A stretch of 64,000 bases of DNA, taken from contig CATNEN010000010.1 of NCBI GenBank assembly GCA_950097015.1, positions 1,860,001-1,924,000 on the forward strand, read 5' to 3'. The position numbers were made by a program, and so were the translations under genes. The stretch is from Macrostomum hystrix (lineage: Eukaryota; Animalia; Platyhelminthes). The notes under the pieces were generated by a model. That model did no database searches, was not told the origin of the DNA, and was given only the letters and a program-made list of their open reading frames with translations. Position 1 is the first letter of the stretch. Every line of letters begins with the position of its first letter. Of this stretch, positions 1 to 12,095 are shown one piece after another.

Positions 1-1630
1 GAGAGACAGGATGGAGAGTGAGAGACAGGATGAGATAGTGAGAGACAGGATGAGAGAGTGAGAGACAGGATGGAGAGTGAGAGACAGGATGAGATAGTGA
101 GAGACAGGATGGGAGAGTGAGAGACAGGATGAGAGAGTGAGAGACAGGATGAGATAGTGAGAGACAGGATGGAGAGTGAGAGACAGGATGAGATAGTGAG
201 AGACAGGATGAGATAGTGAGAGACAGGATGAGATAGTGAGAGACAGGATGAGATAGTGAGAGACAGGATGGAGAGTGAGAGACAGGATGAGATAGTGAGA
301 GACAGGATGGGAGAGTGAGAGACAGGATGAGATAGTGAGAGACAGGATGAGAGAGTGAGAGACAGGATGAGATAGTGAGAGACAGGATGAGATAGTGAGA
401 GACAGGATGGAGAGTGAGAGACAGGATGAGATAGTGAGAGACAGGATGGAGAGTGAGAGACAGGATGAGATAGTGAGAGACAGGATGAGATAGTGAGAGA
501 CAGGATGAGATAGTGAGAGACAGGATGAGATAGTGAGAGACAGGATGGAGAGTGAGAGACAGGATGAGATAGTGAGAGACAGGATGAGATAGTGAGAGAC
601 AGGATGGAGAGTGAGAGACAGGATGAGATAGTGAGAGACAGGATGAGATAGTGAGAGACAGGATGAGAGAGTGAGAGACAGGATGAGAGAGTGAGAGACA
701 GGATGAGATAGTGAGAGACAGGATGAGAGAGTCGCAGAGACAGGATGAGATAGTGAGAGACAGGATGGGATAGTGAGAGACAGGATGAGATAGTGAGAGA
801 CAGGATGAGATAGTGAGAGACAGGATGGAGAGTGAGAGACAGGATGAGATAGTGAGAGACAGGATGGGAGAGTGAGAGACAGGATGGGAGAGTGAGAGAC
901 AGGATGAGAGAGTGAGAGACAGAATGAGAGAGTGAGAGACAGGATGGGAGAGTGAGAGACAGGATGGGAGAGTGAGAGACAGGATGAGATAGTGAGAGAC
1001 AGGATGGGAGAGTGAGAGACAGGATGAGATAGTGAGAGACAGGATGAGATAGTGAGAGACAGGATGGGATAGTGAGAGACAGGATGGGAGAGTGAGAGAC
1101 AGAATGAGAGAGTGAGAGACAGGATGGGATAGTGAGAGACAGGATGGGAGAGTGAGAGACAGGATGAGATTGTGAGAGACAGGATGAGAGAGTGAGAGAC
1201 AGGATGGGAGAGTGAGAGACAGGATGAAAGAGTGAGAGACAGGATGAGAGAGTGAGAGACAGGATGAGATAGTGAGAGACAGGATGAGATAGTGAGAGAC
1301 AGGATGAGATAGTGAGAGACAGGATGAGATAGTGAGAGACAGGATGAGAGAGTCGCAGAGACAGGATGAGATAGTGAGAGACAGGATGAGAGAGTGAGAG
1401 ACAGGATGAGAGAGTGAGAGACAGGATGAGATAGTGAGAGACAGGATGAGAGAGTGAGAGACAGGATGAGATAGTGAGAGACAGGATGAGATAGTGAGAG
1501 ACAGGATGAGAGAGTGAGAGACAGGATGAGAGAGTGAGAGACAGGATGAGATAGTGAGAGACAGGATGAGATAGTGAGAGACAGGATGAGATAGTGAGAG
1601 ACAGGATGGGAGAGTGCGAGACAGGATGAG
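1..1630. repeat. Minisatellite, ~20-bp unit (GAGAGACAGGATGAGATAGT and 19-21 bp variants), runs off the window start
   Basis: About 80 tandem copies read directly from the sequence. Confidence 0.97.
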
Positions 1631-2059
1631 AGAGTCGCAGAGAGAGAGACAGGTTCATTGCGACAGGTTGAATATTTTGGGAGATACAGAAAACTGTCAA
1701 ATGTGGGTGTTTGAAATACCCCGCATTGGTATTTATATTGTTGAGGACGGTGAAAAATCCCTTCAATAGGAAGTGACTCCATCTCAGATTTCAGCGGGTG
1801 CGACTGTAATTTGTAGGGCTTACAGGTCCCTGGCAGGCACGTATATTAGCTTGCTCTAAAGACTGGTTGATTTCAACAATGCCTTTGTGAGGCTTGAGTC
1901 AATTATAATGCGGATAATTGCACATGCTTGCACGAATTAGCCTAAAAGCTTCATAGTGCACTTTCTGATTGCCACTATCTGCACACCGCATCATGCCCTA
2001 CTACAAGTAGTGAGAACAGAAGACCATCAAGTGCTCTCAAAAGCGCGGCTGGACATCAT

Positions 2060-4600
2060 CTTTCTTATCGGCGATTCTTCCTTGTCGGCGATTCTTCGTT
2101 GTCGGCGATTCTTCTTTATCGGCGATTCTTTCTTATCGGCGATTCTTCCTTATAGGCGATTCTTCTTTATCGGAGATTCTTCCTTATCGGCGATTCTTTC
2201 TTATCGGCGATTCTTCAGTGTCGGCGATTCTTCCTTATAGGCGATTCTTCTTCATCGGCGATTCTTCCTTTTCGGCGATTCTTCTTTATCGGCGATTCTT
2301 TCTTATCGGCGATTCTTCCTTATAGGCGATTCTTCTTTAACGGAGATTCTTCCTTATCGGCGATTCTTTCTTATCGGCGATTCTTCAGTGTCGGCGATTC
2401 TTCCTTATAGGCGATTCTTCTTCATCGGCGATTCTTCCTTTTCGGCGATTCTTCCTTATCGGCGATTCTTCTTCATCGGCGATTCTTCCTTTTCGGCGAT
2501 TCTTCCTTATCGGCGATTCTTCTTTATCGGCGATTCTTTCTTATCGGCGATTCTTTCTTATCGGCGATTCTTCTTTATCGGCGATTCTTTCTTATCGGCG
2601 ATTCTTTCTTATCGGCGATTCTTCTTTATCGGCGATTCTTCCTTATCGGCGATTCTTCTTTATCGGCGATTCTTCTTTATCGGCGATTCTTCCTTATCGG
2701 CGATTCTTCCTTATCGGCGATTCTTCTTTATCGGCGATTCTTCTTTATCGGCGATTCTTCTTTATCGGCGATTCTTCTTTATCGGCGATTCTTTCTTATC
2801 GGCGATTCTTTCTTATCTGCGATTCTTTCTTATTGCGGATTCTTTCTTATCGGCGATTCTTTCTCTTCGGCGATTCTTCCTTATCGGCGATTCTTCAGTG
2901 TCGGCGATTCTTCAGTGTCGGCGATTCTTCAGTGTCGGCGATTCTTCAGTGTCGGCGATTCTTCAGTGTCGGCGATTCTTCAGTGTCGGTGATTCTTCAG
3001 TGTCGGCGATTCTTCTTTATCGGCGATTCTTCCTTGTCGGCGATTCTTCTTTATCGGCGATTCTTCTTTATCGGCGATTCTTCCTTGTCGGCGATTCTTC
3101 TTTATCGGCGATTCTTTCTTATCGGCGATTATTCCTTATCGGCGATTCTTCCTTATCGGCGATTCTTCCTTATCGGCGATTCTTCCTTATCGGCGATTCT
3201 TTCTTATCGGCGATTCTTTCTTATCTGCGATTCTTTCTTATTGCGGATTCTTTCTTATCGGCGATTCTTTCTCTTCGGCGATTCTTCCTTATCGGCGATT
3301 CTTTCTTATCGGCGATTCTTCAGTGTCGGCGATTCTTCAGTGTCGGCGATTCTTCAGTGTCGGCGATTCTTCAGTGTCGGCGATTCTTCAGTGTCGGTGA
3401 TTCTTCAGTGTCGGCGATTCTTCTTTATCGGCGATTCTTCCTTGTCGGCGATTCTTCTTTATCGGCGATTCTTCTTTATCGGCGATTCTTCCTTGTCGGC
3501 GATTCTTTCTTATCGGCGATTATTCCTTATCGGCGATTCTTCCTTATCGGCGATTCTTCCTTATCGGCGATTCTTCCTTGTCGGCGATTCTTCCTTGTCG
3601 GCGATTCTTCCTTATCGGCGATTCTTCCTTGTCGGCGATTCTTTCTTATCGGCGATTCTTACTTATCGGCGATTCTTTCTTATCGGCGATTCTTCCTTAT
3701 CGGCGATTCTTCTTTATCGGCGATTCTTCTTTATCGGCGATTCTTCCTTATCGGCGATTCTTTCTTATCGGCGATTCTTCTTTATCGGCGATTCTTCTTT
3801 ATCGGCGATTCTTCTTTATCGGCGATTCTTTCTTATCGGCGATTCTTCAGTGTCGGCGATTCTATCTTATCGGCGATTCTTTCTTATCGGCGATTCTTTC
3901 TTATTGGCGATTCTTCCTTATCGGCGATTCTTCCTTATCGGCGATTCTTTCTTATCGGCGATTCTTTCTTATCTGCGATTCTTTCTTATTGCGGATTCTT
4001 TCTTATCGGCGATTCTTTCTCTTCGGCGATTCTTCCTTATCGGCGATTCTTTCTTATCGGCGATTCTTCAGTGTCGGCGATTCTTCAGTGTCGGCGATTC
4101 TTCAGTGTCGGCGATTCTTCAGTGTCGGCGATTCTTCAGTGTCGGTGATTCTTCAGTGTCGGCGATTCTTCTTTATCGGCGATTCTTCCTTGTCGGCGAT
4201 TCTTCTTTATCGGCGATTCTTCTTTATCGGCGATTCTTCCTTGTCGGCGATTCTTCTTTATCGGCGATTCTTTCTTATCGGCGATTATTCCTTATCGGCG
4301 ATTCTTCCTTATCGGCGATTCTTCCTTATCGGCGATTCTTCCTTATCGGCGATTCTTTCTTATCGGCGATTCTTTCTTATCTGCGATTCTTTCTTATTGC
4401 GGATTCTTTCTTATCGGCGATTCTTTCTCTTCGGCGATTCTTCCTTATCGGCGATTCTTTCTTATCGGCGATTCTTCAGTGTCGGCGATTCTTCAGTGTC
4501 GGCGATTCTTCAGTGTCGGTGATTCTTCAGTGTCGGCGATTCTTCTTTATCGGCGATTCTTCTTTATCGGCGATTCTTCCTTATCGGCGATTCTTTCTTG
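2060..4600. repeat. Minisatellite, 17-bp unit (ATCGGCGATTCTTCCTT variants) with higher-order structure
   Basis: The + strand ORFs have a 17-aa period (= 3 x 17 bp). The diagnostic variant ATCTGCGATT recurs at 2815, 3223, 3971 and 4379. Confidence 0.97.
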
Positions 4601-5402
4601 CTGTGTCGGTGATTCTTTCTTGCTGTGTCGGTGATTCTTTCTTGCTGTGTCGGTGATTCTTTCTTGATGTGTCGGTGATTCTTTCTTGCTGTGTCGGTGA
4701 TTCTTTCTTGCTGTGTCGGTGATTCTTTCTTGCTGTGTCGGTGATTCTTTCTTGCTGTGTCGGTGATTCTTTCTTGATGTGTCGGTGATTCTTTCTTGCT
4801 GTGTCGGTGATTCTTTCTTGCTGTGTCGGTGATTCTTTCTTGCTGTGTCGGTGATTCTTTCTTGCTGTGTCGGTGATTCTTTCTTGATGTGTCGGTGATT
4901 CTTTCTTGCTGTGTCGGTGATTCTTTCTTGCTGTGTCGGTGATTCTTTCTTGATGTGTCGGTGATTCTTTCTTGCTGTGTCGGTGATTCTTTCTTGCTGT
5001 GTCGGTGATTCTTTCTTGATGTGTCGGTGATTCTTTCTTGCTGTGTCGGTGATTCTTTCTTGATGTGTCGGTGATTCTTTCTTGCTGTGTCGGTGATTCT
5101 TTCTTGCTGTGTCGGTGATTCTTTCTTGCTGTGTCGGTGATTCTTTCTTGCTGTGTCGGTGAATCTTTCTTGATGTGTCGGTGATTCTTTCTTGCTGTGT
5201 CGGTGATTCTTTCTTGATGTGTCGGTGATTCTTTCTTGCTGTGTCGGTGATTCTTTCTTGCTGTGTCGGTGATTCTTTCTTGCTGTGTCGGTGATTCTTT
5301 CTTGCTGTGTCGGTGATTCTTTCTTGCTGTGTCGGTGATTCTTTCTTGATGTGTCGGTGATTCTTTCTTGCTGTGTCGGTGATTCTTTCTTGCTGTGTCG
5401 GA
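4600..5402. repeat. Minisatellite, 22-bp unit (GCTGTGTCGGTGATTCTTTCTT)
   Basis: About 36 tandem copies; shares the TCGG(C/T)GATTCTT core with the adjacent 17-bp array. Confidence 0.97.
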
Positions 5403-6217
5403 GATTCTATATTCGGTTATTCCTGATTGATAGCAACTCTTTAAATATAATATTACCTCTTAAATGAACAGTTTTTTTTTCATTTTTGCAAGTTACGTGT
5501 TAAGGGCTTGTAAGGTCTGCGCTGGTACACGCAATAAGCGGCAGTAAAGGTGGGCAGTGACAGGTCTCGCACCAGACGGTCTGCCTGTCTTTCTCTCCGC
5601 TTATTTCAGGCCGGGCACGCGCTCACCTCATGCTCACGGGTCAAACATTCTCCTAGCCTTTAGCAAGCAATTTTGTAAAAGGACACCCTAGTACTTTTAT
5701 TACAGGCCCAGATTTTTTCGATTGTCACAATGGGATTCGTACTTTAATCGTGCTTTGCGGGAAATTCATTTGCAAAAAAAACTAATAAAAGCGCGGCTGG
5801 ACTTCGGCATTCCATCTTCTAGCCGCGTGAGTCAGCTGCCCAACTGCTCAATCGAGACTGAAGACAATAATCAAATCTGAGCACAATAAACTCAAAAAGG
5901 TGCTTGCTCGGCCAAATTGGAGACACAGAATGAGCAGAGCGGCGCCGCGGGAGAAGTGCTAGCAATGGGCGGCCGTGGGCGGCAGCCGCTCTGTTTTGCT
6001 GGCCGTTACCAAAGCAAAGCAGAAGCGGCTGCCTGGGGCTGACTGTCCAGTATTGCCCGTTCCTTGTACTCAAGCTTGGCGCACCCGCTCACGCGCTTAA
6101 ATTAGACATAAAAGCCTGTCGGGGAAGCCCTTTTAGCCGTGGTTGGCACACTGAGACAGCTTTGAGAACTATGATTTTCTGGCACGGCACTTTCATTGAT
6201 CGGCCTTAAAGAAGAAA

Positions 6218-8908
6218 ATGTCACTAGAAATCTATTCTGCCGTTGCCTTGAGCGGCCTGGTTTCAGTGCCGCTGCTGCTGTTGCTGCTGCTGAAGAGGAG
6301 CGGCGCGAAATCCGTGGACGGCAGGACTCCGCCGCCCGGACCCGCCGGTCCGCCGCTGCTCGGCCAGCTACCGGCCCTCTTCGCCACAGCGTTGCGCTGG
6401 GGTCGCCGGTTCCGCTTCCACCTGTACCTGCACGGCCTCAGCCAGAGCTTCGGCCCAGTCACCGCCTTCCGGTTGGGCACACAGCGGTTCGTCCTCATCA
6501 GCGGTCACGACGCTCTGCGAGAGGCGCTGATCAAACGCGGCGACGCCTTCGGCTACCGGATGGACACACCGTTCTTCCGCTACCTGTCCCGCAAGCGTGG
6601 CCTCGCCATGTCCGACGGGCCGCTCTGGGCCGAGCATCGCCGATTCGCCGTGCGCGCCTTTCGCCGTCTGGGACTCGGCGGGCAGCAGGCCGAGGTGCTG
6701 ATCGAGACGGAGTGCCGCAGCCTGACTGAGGCAGTGGCTGCCGCGGTCTCTGACAGCCGGAGCTGCTCAGCGGAGGTCGACGTTAGCGGTGAGCTTCTTG
6801 ATCTTCACTGGCTAGGGTTTAGGGTTAGGGTAATTGGGTCATTGGGTTCATTGTCATTGGGTTCTTCGTTCATTTCCTGCTCATCATTCACCGGCCTCCG
6901 AGTTGTTTTCCATTTTTCAGCTGTAATTTTGTTTTGCTTATCTCGCTTTTGAGTCAGAGTTAGTCCTGTTTTTCAGTTCTCTGACCCTGTTTTTACTATC
7001 TGAGTTGTTTCAATGTTGGAATGTGATAGCTAGGTCGGCCACTTGCGGCTGCGCTCTCACTAACTAAGGCACCCCTGGGCGGTTGCTGCTGGTCTGAAAG
7101 TTATGCCGGCTTTGAGCACTCCTCAGCCAGTTCGATTCCACTTTTAGCCAGACTTTTTCTCAGAGTTCACTCCACTCAGTACAGACTGCTTGGAGGGCGA
7201 GGGGGAGAGATAATGAGCTGAGACAGGGCTTGCACCTGATAAGAGGGTCAGGTCAGCTGTTCCAGTTGGTTTCAGTCATTTCGAGATAGCGGCGGAATTC
7301 CTGAGTATTCCAAAGTACAACCCGCCCTCACTGAGCAGACCTGATCACACGGGCGATTGTCAACGTCATCTCGCAGCTGCTGTTCTCAACCCGAGCCGAC
7401 TACTGTGACAGCGAACTCAGCGAGTATGTCTCTCACCTGAGCACACTGACTCACGGCGATTTCGTGACCCTGCTCATCACCTGCTATCCTTGGCTGCCAA
7501 TCCGACCCATGCTGGCCCTCTCGGCCGGGGCTCGAGCTCTGGACCGCAGCAACACTTGGGTGCTGGATTTCATGCGCAGCCGCGTCGACGCGGTCCGGGC
7601 GAGCCGGCCGGACGCCGAGTTCTGGTCGGACCCGGACAGCCAGCCGGCCAACTATGTGGAGGCCTACCTGCTTGAGCAGAGGCGGCAGCTGGATGAAACT
7701 GGCAGCGTCGGTACCTTCGATGATTACCAGCTGTGCCGCTCGGCCTACGATATTTACCTGGGCGGCACGGAGACATCGGCCAACACCCTGCGCTGGCTGC
7801 TGCTGCTGGCCGCCATGCACCCCGACTTACAGCAGCGCTGCCGGCTGGAAGTCGCCGCAGCCACAGCCGGCGACGCCGGCGTCTGGAGGCCGGTGCGGAT
7901 GGAGGACCGCGACAAGCTGCACTTCACCAGAGCCTTCATCGAGGAGACGCTGCGACTGGTGGTGCCGCTGCCGCTGGGGGTCAACAGCCGCGTGGTTCGG
8001 GTGAGTGATTAAATGGAGCCGCTGTGTACAAGTTCGAGTTCGGAATGAGCAATTGCCCCTTCAGAGAGGCATAAAAGTACACATGTGACCGAAATGTAAC
8101 TCAAAATGCAAACCGTTCTAAATCACATTCCATTGCCATGTGATTAGAGCCTACAAATGCACTTTTAATGCACGAAAAATGTACTATTAGTCAATAATTG
8201 TTCTGCCGTATTAGAACACTATAATACCATTTGTACTTTCCAAGAATTATTGTTATTAACGCCATGCTAGTGTATGGTTCTCCTAAATTGTCTAAAGTTG
8301 AATTGATACCATTTCAGTGCTAGTCAATATGCCAGTGCTCCACTGCTTTAGTCATCCAGGTGCTTTTGTGTCGCAGTTTATTCATGCACAATAACAATTA
8401 AATGCACTTAAGTCTTATTTACGTCAGCAGTATCTTGCTCACTATACTACTCACTGAGTAGCGCAGCCCGAACCTTTTGCAAAAATTGTCTGCCCCTGTC
8501 GCTCTCCTGCAGTCCACTGAGGTGAGCGGCTTCACAGTCGAGCCCACCGACTTTGTCATGCTGAACCTGTACGCCACCCACCGAGACCCGGTGCACTTTC
8601 CGGAGCCCGAGAAGTTCATCCCGGAGCGCTTCATCGAGCCGGAGACTGGGCGGTGCCGCCGACTCGACCAGGCCGTCAGCTTCGGCATCGGGCGCCGGGC
8701 CTGCCTGGGTGAGCAGCTGGCTCAGCGGGAGCTGCTCGTGTTCTTCGGCAGCCTGGTCAGCAGGTTTCGATTCGAGCTGGGAGAGGCCGAGCTCAGCAGA
8801 CCCGACAGGCTGCAGGAGCTGCTGCTCGGGTCCATCGGCCTCATCAGAGCACCTGGCGACCACAAGCTGCGCGTCACCTGCCTGGACCCGAGCCAACCAG
8901 CTAATTGA
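6218..8908 (+). CDS. Cytochrome P450, CYP2 clan-like, 3 exons (6218-6788, 7339-8000, 8513-8908), ~542 aa
   Basis: N-terminal TM anchor, PPGP hinge, C-helix WxxxRRF, AIVNVI, I-helix GGTETS, K-helix ETLR, PERF and heme motif FGIGRRACLGE. GT-AG junctions keep frame (phases 1 and 0). Confidence 0.93.
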
Positions 8909-9907
8909 TTTCCGCTTCTTGCTCGCTGATTTTAAATACCGATTGACACATTGCTTTTTTGATTGTTGGCTTGATGGATTGATTGATCAGTGAATGTCAA
9001 TATTGATTGATTGTCTGAAGGATAAATTAATTAATGAAATTCATTATCTTTTTACAATGGAAATGATTTTTAGATCGATGAATTTATATCAATGAGTTAC
9101 TTGATAGCCTGAATGATTGATTGATAAACGAATTTCATTATTGAATTGATTGATCATTGTTTTTTATCAATTTTCTAGATTCTCGTTTTCAGAGCAGCTA
9201 ATCCGTATTGCTAAGGAGTGCAGAATCTGCAAAATATTTTGAAGCTGTCAGCAATGAATCATACTCTGAGTGCCATTGTCCGGCCCTTCTGTTTATAGAC
9301 GTGGATCATTTTAATCTCCCTAGAAATTGCCGACTGCGGCTTGACTTTTAAACAGGTGCCACTTTTCTTGTGTCATGCTCTCTGCTTGTTTGCCATTTAT
9401 TAATCCGCCAACACCTGCTGAGCACCTGCTGTGCACCAATCTCCCAGTGACTCAAGTCAAAGCGCGCAAGTGTAAATTTGAAAATACAAACTACGATTGA
9501 CCGTGATTTTTTGCGGTGCAGAACTGCGACCACAGATGCTTTGTGGCCACAATCTCCTTCATTGTTCTACGAGCTCCTTTGGGACCTTGGAATTGGTGGC
9601 TTACACGAGCGAGCAACTGAAACCCAACCAATGAAAAACATATATAATTAGCAAAATGTAACGCCTGAAGTGCAGAGTTCTAAGGCTCTATGAACAGCCA
9701 CTGAAATCCATGCGAGATTAAGGCCAGCTAATTCATTAGTGGCTACTGCCGATTGGTCCAGTGTGACAGCCAATGAGATCGCTGACTAGGATGACCCGTG
9801 CAGCGCAATCAGCAGTTTATCACGGGCGCCGTCCTAAGCATTCTCCGAAAAACCTGCTTTACCAGCCACATTTCTAAATTGCCTTCTTAGTACTCGTATT
9901 TGAGACG

Positions 9908-10579
9908 ATGAGCTCAAACTATCCCTACGCCTCGTCTGTGTCCTCCGACGACTCGAATGTCAATCGTCGACCGCCTCGCTGCTGCGAGTCATCACGTCGC
10001 CTTCAGCGTCATCGACGCCATCAGAAATTGTCAAGGTCTGGTGGCGGGCTGGGGGCAGCCGAGGTGTGCGTCACATTTGAAGGTCGGCGATACGCGCTGG
10101 CTGGCCTCGCGGAGGACACGACCTGCCGGGACGCGGTCTTCGCCCTTCTGTGGCATCGGCAGCGTCGGAAGACGCCGACGGCGATCATTTCGCCAGCGAA
10201 GGCCTGGAAGACGGCGGCCGACTACGAGCTGCTCGCTGACATGCCCGATGGTCGGGCAAAGCGAGCACGCGGTCATCTCCCGCTGCTCCGCGTCGCGGAA
10301 CTTATGCGGCGTCGGTGGTCTGGCCACGTCGGTACGCAGCCGCCGCTGCTGCAGGTTCGGCTGCGAAGGACTGCGACAGCCCCGCCAGCCGGGAACGCGG
10401 ATGATGACATCATCGGGGATTGGATGCGCCGGCTGGACCTCCTAACGGAGTTGGCGCCCATTCGTGTTGATGTGGCCAACGCCGACGCGGCTGCGGCGTC
10501 TTCGGAGGCTGGGGACAGCGGGTTTGGAACGGAGACCGAGTGCAGCTGCGACCTGGTGTTCTATGCCACTCTGGTCTAG
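9908..10579 (+). CDS. Single-exon Ras-association (RA) domain protein, N-terminal RASSF (RASSF7-10; RASSF9/10-like tail), 223 aa
   Basis: VCVTFEGRRYALAGLAEDTTCRDAVFALL resembles the N-RASSF RA start (vWVdG..r.v.GvtekTTCqevv.AL). C-terminus has DSGFGT and ends in -ATLV. Family assignment is from recalled motifs, not an HMM search. Confidence 0.7.
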   Translation: MSSNYPYASSVSSDDSNVNRRPPRCCESSRRLQRHRRHQKLSRSGGGLGAAEVCVTFEGRRYALAGLAEDTTCRDAVFALLWHRQRRKTPTAIISPAKAWKTAADYELLADMPDGRAKRARGHLPLLRVAELMRRRWSGHVGTQPPLLQVRLRRTATAPPAGNADDDIIGDWMRRLDLLTELAPIRVDVANADAAAASSEAGDSGFGTETECSCDLVFYATLV

Positions 10580-11696
10580 CGGCAGACCATCAACTTCTAG
10601 GTCCCCGTTCAGTCATTGGAGACTCATCTGAGCATAGCACACCTGAAGAATCGGGTGAGGTAATGACCAAAACACTGACGAATCGGGTTTATATAATGAG
10701 CAATTTAAGAACGCTTGCGCTAAGCAATTATTTTGTCTTGTTTGATAACTTTCTAATCTAGTCATAGAATGTACTGCCTATAATCCCCAAATTTAAATGC
10801 CATGTCCTTTGCTTTATAAACCTTTTTATTCATAAATTATATCAATCAAAACAGTTTTATCTGCTCTTTCCACAGAAGTCTCTCACTGCACAGTTTAACA
10901 TAAGTAAAATTTGTTTAAAATGTATACTAAGAAATTTACCTTTTTAAAAAATCTATATTAATTTTTATCTTCAGAGCTGAATCGGATTTTACAGGTCGAA
11001 TTACCCCCTGTCGCGACCTTCACGTGTTCCCATGTAAGTTCACCTGCACTTCCACCTCACATCTGCTCTCAAACTCTCAATCCGTTCTAATTATATCCGG
11101 CTGTCTTTCCGGCCTTTGATCTTTCCGCCGCCTTCTGATTGGTCCGCCTCTCACCTGACCTTATCCTCTTACCTTCTTATCTTACCGCCAACCCCTGCTG
11201 CAGGTTCTGCAATTAAAGGCTGCCTTCAAGCCAGTGAAATTGTTCAATTCGATTTTCTTTAGACATTGGCTGCTGACCCAGGTCTGAAGACCGTGGGACA
11301 GTGCCTCATTGGTAACTTCTGTCTTCTGGCCTTCCTAGTCTGTCTCTGAGTCAACCAGGACTGTCATAAAAAACAACTCCCCCAATGTCCCAGTCATCCG
11401 AACCTTTAAAAGGGTTTCCATAGCTGGCACAGAAATTACACGAGGCAAGTTGCGCTCAGCCCACTCACATGTTTTATTACCTTCATGGCTGATCTCCTCG
11501 TGCTCTTGTGTGTGTGAGTCCGCTGGCTCATTTACTAAATTTCCATTTGAAGCAATTAAGTCGACGAAGTAATCTTTTAAGGGCTCATTACTAATGCAGC
11601 GAGAGCTTTGTTACAACTTTGATAGTTGTCCACTTATCCTCTATCTCAGAGCCGTGGAAGTCAAAGACGTGGCCAGCTTGTAGCCTAGTGGCTAGG

Positions 11697-12095
11697 CAGG
11701 GGTCGGCAAACTTATCAGCGTGCGGGCCACGGAGAGAATCTAAAAGATGACAGCGGGTTGAACTGTAGGGATATGAGGAAGGGGTGAGATGAGACACGGG
11801 ATAGATAAGACAGGGGAGAGATGAGATAGGCAGAGGTGAGACGGGAGACACGGGAGAGATGAGATGGGAGAGAGATGGGAGACACGGGAGAGATGAGACT
11901 CTCCATCTCCAGATGAGAGAGGGGTGAGACGAGAGACACAGGAGAGATGAGATGGGAGACACGGGAGAGATGAGACTCTCCATCTCCAGATGAGAGAGAT
12001 GAGACGGATACTATACGTGTTGGAAGGGGCAACGGGCCGCATTTGGGAGTTTCGAGGGCCGCATCGCCCGCGGGGCGGAGTTAGCAATATGGGTG
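11697..12095. mobile_element. Probable degenerate hAT-family (Charlie-like) MITE with purine-rich simple-repeat interior
   Basis: Left end CAGGGGTCGGCAAAC...GCGGGCCAC; right subterminal GAGGGCCGCATCGCCCGCGGGGCGGAGTT, typical of hAT ends. The right TIR is degenerate and no clean 8-bp TSD is seen. Confidence 0.45.

Noticed and set aside
1956-4656. Long + strand ORFs (586, 607 and 314 aa) of RRFFLIGDSSLSAIL type
   Set aside because: They are translations of a 17-bp satellite that lacks stops on this strand. All three frames give the same permuted peptide, and there is no splice or domain evidence.
6812-6830. TTAGGG-like run in CYP intron 1
   Set aside because: Only about three imperfect units, too short to call interstitial telomeric sequence.
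11284-11320. CTGAAGA followed by a weak stem, suggesting a hammerhead ribozyme or Penelope end
   Set aside because: No GAAA core after stem II and no convincing stems I and III.
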